The notes beneath the pieces are model-generated. The model ran no database searches, was not told the origin of the DNA, and was given only the letters and a program-made list of their open reading frames with translations. A DNA stretch of 45,324 nucleotides from NCBI GenBank assembly GCA_003646175.1, contig QNER01000001.1, positions 1 to 45,324 on the forward strand. Reading direction: 5' to 3'. Below are positions 39,633-45,324 of the stretch, in pieces. This stretch comes from Candidatus Parabeggiatoa sp. nov. 1 (lineage in GTDB: Bacteria > Pseudomonadota > Gammaproteobacteria > Beggiatoales > Beggiatoaceae). The first letter of the stretch is position 1; each line of letters opens with the position of its first letter. The position numbers and the translations under genes are program-made.

Positions 39633-40437
39633 TTTTTTACCTATTATTTTGTCTGCATAAATTTGAGCATACATAAAAAGTCATCAAGCGCGTTTTGAAT
39701 GCCCCAGAGTCAAAAGCCAGTATCATATTTGGTATCCACCGAAAAAGCAATTGCACAGCCCCGATTTTGCAGTTGACAAAAAACCGTAAAACCCGGTATT
39801 TATTGGCTTTAGTATCAACTTTATGCCCAAAATTTACCTCAATGTTTTCACCAAAGTTACTTTGATGTTTTTGTGTTGCCTTTGCGATGCCCCGCCTGAT
39901 TTTTTCGCATTTTCCCAAGAAAATTTCCAAAAGGTTTTGTGCCCATTGCAATTGCGTAGGTGCAATTTTATGTCAATGTTTTGAAGGAATTATCATACAC
40001 GATAACTTATATATCAATAGGTTGCTATTTATGGTTTATGGCATGGCTTGCATAACGGGCATGGTAGGAGAGGCAGCGTGGTGAGAATGCGGATTTAAGA
40101 AAGGCTTTGGATGAAACGTGTAAATATATTGAGCGTTTGGAACGAGCGCAAGTAGGAAGTACAACTTCTTTACGGATTTGACGGATTGATTGTTTTTTAA
40201 TAACAAATCTTTATCCCTTATCCCTTATCATTAATTTTATGTCAAAACCCACTCAAGCTGATTTGAATAAACTTGCTAAACGGCTTGGGTGGCTGCGATA
40301 AGTGGTCTATTGGGGCCAGAATTTGAGGGAGGTTTTGAGTTGTTGGAGCTGGGGGTGCAAGTTTATGAGAAAAAGCCAAAAGAGCCGAAGGGTGAGTCGT
40401 TGATGATTGCCCATTTTATTCGGTTGGTTTGAGGCAT

Positions 40438-40475
40438 AAAAAAAGCCCCAAAGCTTAGAAGCCAAGGGGCTTTTT
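40438..40475. terminator. Possible bidirectional terminator
   Basis: AAAAAAAGCCCC...GGGGCTTTTT hairpin. Confidence 0.55.
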
Positions 40476-40595
40476 CATTACACAAAAGGAAATGTCGTCT
40501 GTATCCTATTTTTAAGCTAAGCCAACGCGTTGAATGGGAATAGAAAAACAGGGAAGTATCATAAATCAATCAGGTATGCCCCCATTTTGCCCGCG

Positions 40596-41073
40596 TTACT
40601 TTGTCCAGTCTTCATAACGAAATTGACTACAAATTTCTTGTAGAATGGGTGCTATTGTATCGTTGGTGACTAAAATAGCACCTTCTATTAAAGCAGTGGT
40701 AGCAATAATCAGATCGACATTGTGTTTGATAATTGCTTTAGTTCCAAGTCTCTTTTTATTTCAAGTCGATGATTCCCATTCTTTATACAATTCTTTGAAT
40801 GCACCGAAAATTTCACCACCGCCTAAAGGTATTGAAATAATTTCAAATCTGTCTCGTATAGATTGAATGGCTTGTCTTGTTTCATTGGCTAATTGCAAAT
40901 TGGGTGTATGACTCGCGCCATATTCCAACTCATAAATGCTCAATATAGAAGCACATATTTTATCGTCATCATCCAATGAACTCAATTTTCTGACATGTTG
41001 AATGTGACCATCCGCATAAGGCTTCTTTAAAGCATTAAGAGCGCATGTATCTAATAAATATTTTTTTTATCAT
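40596..41073 (-). pseudogene. vapC: VapC/PIN toxin pseudogene
   Basis: YLLDT...YELEYG...HNVDLIIATTALIEGAILVTND...EDWTK*; broken by a frameshift in A8 (41061-41068), an in-frame TGA at 40761 and a late frameshift. Confidence 0.8.
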
Positions 41074-41438
41074 TTTTCTTGGTTATCAAAATAATCTCCT
41101 AAAACAAACCCTTCTCGGAATTTTTTTCCCTCTTCCTCTAAGATTTTTCCGGCTTCGGGGCTTAAAGTGTGTTGGGTTGACAACTGTTCTGCAACTGCAG
41201 CCCATTTTCCTTTTGGCTTCTTTTCTCCTTTTTGTTTTTTTTCTGGAAAATGAAATCCAAGTTTTTGTAGTGCTTCTTCGGGGGAATTGGCGACAAAAAC
41301 GTCGGGGTGATTTTCCAAAATGATTTGTAACGCTTTTCTCACATTCACTAAATGTGATTCGCTTAGCGTTTCTTCTGGTTTCTGGTAATTTACCGGCACT
41401 TGTAACACGTATCTATTTGATTGGTGATATTTTTCCAT
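41070..41438 (-). CDS. Putative antitoxin upstream of the PIN pseudogene
   Basis: 122 aa; ATGA overlap with the PIN gene; function inferred from position only. Confidence 0.55.
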   Translation of the reverse strand: MEKYHQSNRYVLQVPVNYQKPEETLSESHLVNVRKALQIILENHPDVFVANSPEEALQKLGFHFPEKKQKGEKKPKGKWAAVAEQLSTQHTLSPEAGKILEEEGKKFREGFVLGDYFDNQEK

Positions 41439-41602
41439 AGTGAGTTTTTAAAGGTTATGTTAGGGACATGGCAACCAATCACTTATACAACAGCCACGAC
41501 AATTGTTTTTGCCAAAAACTTGGAATCGATTGTGCATATTATTTTCGGCAGCGTCTCTTAAGCTAAGCCAAACGTAAATCAATCAAGTCTGGCCCCATTG
41601 AT

Positions 41603-42037
41603 TTAATCTATAAATATTGAAATCGGCAGATCAAATCGTTTGGCCAGTTTTTGTATTTGTTCCAAACTTAACTCGCGTTTGCCATTTAAAACCTCGGATA
41701 CGACCGCCTGATTACCAATTTCAGGGAAATCAGACAAATTTTGGTGGTATTGATCCATTAAAATACGCAGTGTTGGTAAAGGGCCGCAATGTTTTTCTAA
41801 CTCATTGATTGTTTCAGGATATTCCATCGCTTCATAATGAGCGACTGCCTTAGACACCATCTCAAACAAAGGCCAAAGCGGCGAGTCAGGGTTATCCCCC
41901 ATCGTTTCCATCAACCTTTCAATAAATTCTAAAGCCACCGTGTATCCGGAGTCATCATGAATTTTAATTAAAAACGGTGCTTTTTTTAGCAACTCATTGT
42001 AAGGATTCAGGATTTCATGAAATTGTGCCTGTGGCAT
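41603..42037 (-). CDS. higA: HigA-type HTH antitoxin
   Basis: LMDQYH..SDFPEIGNQAVVSEVLNGKRELSLEQIQKLAKRF. Confidence 0.9.
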   Translation of the reverse strand: MPQAQFHEILNPYNELLKKAPFLIKIHDDSGYTVALEFIERLMETMGDNPDSPLWPLFEMVSKAVAHYEAMEYPETINELEKHCGPLPTLRILMDQYHQNLSDFPEIGNQAVVSEVLNGKRELSLEQIQKLAKRFDLPISIFID

Positions 42038-42040
42038 GAT

Positions 42041-42349
42041 TTATACCTCGTTACGATATTTTTGATTTAGCCTATCATACTTTGTATGATTAACAATATG
42101 CTTTACAAAAACTTTTTGGGTTTGAAAAAAGATGCAAGCAATTAGGCGTATATTGTTACCCGCAATATTGATCGTGTACCAGTCTGCTTTATATTTATAA
42201 CGTTCCGCTGATAAAAAAAGCTTTTGTAATTCATGGATGTCCTTAAAATATCCACGATTTAATTTAGCATACACATCCAAGATGTTTTGTGCATCATTTG
42301 GATATTTTTTAGCTGCTTGTGTAAATGGTGTTTTCGTTATGACGTGCAT
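42041..42349 (-). CDS. higB: HigB-type toxin
   Basis: MHVIT..., NIAGNNIRLI, KHIVNHTKYDR; toxin-first order. Confidence 0.9.
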   Translation of the reverse strand: MHVITKTPFTQAAKKYPNDAQNILDVYAKLNRGYFKDIHELQKLFLSAERYKYKADWYTINIAGNNIRLIACIFFQTQKVFVKHIVNHTKYDRLNQKYRNEV

Positions 42350-42815
42350 TAAAATTTCTGGTTTCCTTGAGTTAGTGCTTGATTTTTAACTTAAAATCAT
42401 ATAACGCTTTTCTTTTATCAATAAATGTGACGAGCAATGCGTTTCTTCTGGTTTCGGGTAATTTACCGGCACTTGTAACACGTATCTATTTGATTGGTGA
42501 TATTTTTCCATAGTTCGTTTTTGAAAGTTGTGTTAGGGACGCGGCAACAAATAACTTACGCAACTGAATACGATAAAGTATTTATCAAAGTCAAAAACGG
42601 CGTATATTATTTTCGGCCTCGTCCCTTATCCTGCTTGGGTGGTGGCGATAAGTGGTCAATTGGGACCAGAATTTGAGGGCGGTTTTGAGTTGTTAGCACC
42701 GGGGGTGCAAGTTTTTGATTCGAGCCAAAAGAGCCGACGGGTGAGTAGTTGTGGTGGGCAACAGGATTGCCCATTTCATTCGGAAGGTTTAGGTTTGTCG
42801 CCAGTTCAGTTTTTT

Positions 42816-43766
42816 TTACAAATTTATATCCAAATCCCTTTCTGTATTTGCCTTCCACTTTTTATAAATATCCGTAACTCCTGAACTCTGTATTATTTGG
42901 ATTTCATTTTGGGGAAGCAATACTCCTTTACCCTCAAAATATTTTATACTATTTGATAAGTTTACCTTTTCAAACAGTCCAGCCCGTTTTTGTGGTGCAT
43001 GATCAATTGTAATTTTTACTTTCGAGTTTTGACCACCAACCAGAGATTTTCTTGTCCAATCACTTAGGGAAGGTTTTGTGTTTATCCCTATTCTAGTAAA
43101 TAAATTCCCAATGGCCTTAACAGGCTCTTTATTCGCTTCTGCAACGTAATGACTAATAGGAATTCCTAAATATTCCGCAAATGTAGCGACTTTTTGAACT
43201 TGCCTAAAAGCAATTAAGTGATAGTACAAGAGTTCTTCCAAAGTGACATCATAATACCACTTTTCATTTTCTTTCACTCCTTTCATAAATTTAACATATG
43301 TTTCCTTATTAGAAAACCATGAGTCGAAAGGATTCCTACCCATAACTATGAGATGAACCTTTTTTTTCATTAAGGCCAATGTTTCATTTGTCAAATGTTC
43401 TGTATTGACTTTGTTTTTCAGTAAATTGTGAAACAAGTAAAACAATGTTTCTATGGGATTAAGCGTAGCTTCTTCAATATTAAATGGTCCCAAAGTCTCC
43501 TTGACATAAATCACATCTTCTTTGGGAATTAACCAGTCACAATCTTTATTGCTTTTTCCTTTCGCTAAGAAACGAAAAATGGATTTCATTGGTTGGGCGA
43601 ATGAATGAATTCCTACTTCACTATAGACTCTTAAAGAAGCTGTTGTTCCACTTCTAACTGTTGCTATAGATAAAATAATTTTAGGAATATTATTTACATC
43701 TTGAAAATAAATCCTATCTAAAATATCATTCTGGCTAATATCTGTTAGTAATTTTTTTGCGCTCAT
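42816..43766 (-). CDS. Sulfotransferase-fold protein
   Basis: PAPS-binding-like VRSGTT and RNPFDSWFS motifs. Confidence 0.6.
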   Translation of the reverse strand: MSAKKLLTDISQNDILDRIYFQDVNNIPKIILSIATVRSGTTASLRVYSEVGIHSFAQPMKSIFRFLAKGKSNKDCDWLIPKEDVIYVKETLGPFNIEEATLNPIETLFYLFHNLLKNKVNTEHLTNETLALMKKKVHLIVMGRNPFDSWFSNKETYVKFMKGVKENEKWYYDVTLEELLYYHLIAFRQVQKVATFAEYLGIPISHYVAEANKEPVKAIGNLFTRIGINTKPSLSDWTRKSLVGGQNSKVKITIDHAPQKRAGLFEKVNLSNSIKYFEGKGVLLPQNEIQIIQSSGVTDIYKKWKANTERDLDINL

Positions 43767-43769
43767 AGA

Positions 43770-44690
43770 TTATGCTTTTGGCTTATTTGATGGAATTGGT
43801 TTTTCACCTTTTATTAGTATTCTGTGTAATACTCGTTTGTAATGTTTGTCATGGGCTGCTCTGTAATGCATTGTGCATCTATTATCCCAAAAAAGTAAGT
43901 CACCAACTTTCCAATTATGACACCAAACAAATTCTTGCTTAGTTGCATGATTCCATAAAAAATCGAGTATTTGGGTACTTTCTTCTTCTGTGATACCATC
44001 AATGTATTGTGATGGGTATTTTCTTCTTCTTCCCAAATACAACGCTTTTTTTCTTGTCAAGGGATGGATTTGGACAATAGGATGATGAGGGCCAAGAACT
44101 TCAGATATATTCGTTGGAACTTTCACCCCAGGACGCGCCACATTTGCTCCGTCTCTGCTTGAATCGTGAATCGCAGTTTTTCCTTCTATTACCTTTAATA
44201 TATTATTAGGCAGTGTTTCATATGCCAAATATTGATTACTAAAGCAGGTATTGCCTCCATGTGGTGGAATGATTCTAGCGTAAAGCATACTACCAGAAGG
44301 GGGGGTTTCTATGTAGGAATTATCACTATGCCAATAAACCTCACCACTTCCTAAGCTATTATTGTTCATTACCGGGTTCCCATTTTTATCTAAATTATGC
44401 ACTACTGAAATTTCAGGATAGTCGGCAGTCATAACTTCCTTTTCCCTTGCTGCGGTGTGATAAGCCTTGGCGGCACTAATTTGAATTTCTCCAAAAACTT
44501 TTGTTGCGTTTATATGTTGTTCCTGTGTTAGTTCTTGGTTGCGAAAAAGCAAAACAAGATGCTTGCTCCATTGCTCAACCAAGAAAGACCTAATATTTTC
44601 TGGGAGTGGTAAAGAAAAGTCAATACCCTTTACTTCTGCTCCCAGAGCCTTTCTGGTCGGAATAATCTCCAAATCTTTTAATTGATTCAT
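43770..44690 (-). CDS. TauD/TfdA-family Fe(II)/2-oxoglutarate dioxygenase
   Basis: LGAEVKGID, WHSD, GGNT.F, WDNRCTMHYR. Confidence 0.95.
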   Translation of the reverse strand: MNQLKDLEIIPTRKALGAEVKGIDFSLPLPENIRSFLVEQWSKHLVLLFRNQELTQEQHINATKVFGEIQISAAKAYHTAAREKEVMTADYPEISVVHNLDKNGNPVMNNNSLGSGEVYWHSDNSYIETPPSGSMLYARIIPPHGGNTCFSNQYLAYETLPNNILKVIEGKTAIHDSSRDGANVARPGVKVPTNISEVLGPHHPIVQIHPLTRKKALYLGRRRKYPSQYIDGITEEESTQILDFLWNHATKQEFVWCHNWKVGDLLFWDNRCTMHYRAAHDKHYKRVLHRILIKGEKPIPSNKPKA

Positions 44691-44698
44691 AATTAGGT

Positions 44699-45115
44699 TT
44701 ATTTTATGGTTGTTTGAAAAATGGAACTTATTTCACACCATTTTGCTTTATAGTCGGCATCATATTTAGCAAATGTGTAATAGCACTCTAAGTCTGCTTC
44801 TTTAGCAAGTTTTTCCGCTTCGGTTGTGTTTTTAAAAATTAATAGCGAACCAGGGGCATATCTTTTATAATTAGGGTCGAAAGCACCATTTACAAATTCA
44901 AAACTCATTTTTCTTTTAGATATGTTTCTATAGATTATCTGAATTGAAATGGGCTTCTCATCAAAAAATAGAACATTGCCAAATAAACAATCTCTCAGGT
45001 GAGATAAAACGGTATCAAAATTCTCAATACCTAGTGGTAACTTTCCATGACGTTTGAAAAATAATGTCTTGTAAATAGTAACTATTTCTGTATTTGACAA
45101 CTCTATGATGCCCAT
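44699..45115 (-). CDS. Mig-14-like GNAT-fold protein, probably 5'-truncated
   Basis: LFGNVLF...NGAFDP...PGSLLIF...YKAKW; frame stays open upstream (KLRKFLREGG) to a stop near 45243. Confidence 0.6.
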   Translation of the reverse strand: MGIIELSNTEIVTIYKTLFFKRHGKLPLGIENFDTVLSHLRDCLFGNVLFFDEKPISIQIIYRNISKRKMSFEFVNGAFDPNYKRYAPGSLLIFKNTTEAEKLAKEADLECYYTFAKYDADYKAKWCEISSIFQTTIK

Positions 45116-45324
45116 CCATTTACCACCTTCTCGTAAGAATTTTCTTAACTTACTTTTAACAGTGCCGACACGTTTTCTTAGAAACCTGAAGTAATTTAGG
45201 CCAATAAGAAGGATTCCAGAGTATAAGGAATTACAATTATGTTATTTATAGGGTTGAAAGGCTACCCTTGCTGTATTACTCAGCAAAAGCATAACTTACC
45301 CATTTGGATATTAGGATATGCCTA

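Noticed and set aside
39637-40160. Short ORFs on both strands
   Set aside because: No recognisable motif or RBS; probably decayed sequence.
40761-40763. In-frame TGA as selenocysteine or programmed readthrough
   Set aside because: The gene has two additional frameshifts, so it is a pseudogene.
537-44002. Numerous short antisense or nested ORFs in the six-frame track
   Set aside because: Shadows of real genes. The exceptions are 13989-14249 and 11138-11413, which are exon parts of the IS607 genes.

Overview
AT-rich gammaproteobacterial window, most likely from a giant sulfur bacterium (Beggiatoaceae). That assignment is inferred from TAACTGA heptamer repeats at a start codon, MITE-filled intergenic DNA and the petABC-sspAB gene order. 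The best candidate for a new system is an IS607 element (~10106-14376, minus strand) whose tnpA is split by an intact group IIB intron (11438-14016; GUGCG start, DV/DVI, RT-maturase-HNH, EBS1 matching the exon). Removing the intron in silico restores two overlapping frames at once: a ~199-aa serine-recombinase TnpA and, in the +1 frame, a 516-aa long-form TnpB with the rearranged RuvC site of the Fanzor-ancestral clade. The window also holds an uncharacterised ThDP enzyme plus two citrate-synthase-fold genes next to a TonB receptor and a GT1 glycosyltransferase. Further on are a five-gene non-canonical Hsp70 operon (TPR, J-domain lacking HPD, GrpE, Hsp70, Zn-ribbon), petABC, sspAB, a phytase, a DHH phosphoesterase, an orphan ABC binding protein and an Sfp-type PPTase. 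The end carries a toxin-antitoxin cluster built from repeated blocks and a low-GC Mig-14-like/TauD/sulfotransferase-like operon. Many MITEs with clean target-site duplications and a ~242-bp tandem repeat array fill the non-coding DNA. No rRNA, tRNA or CRISPR array was recognised. All family calls come from motif recognition by eye, not database searches.
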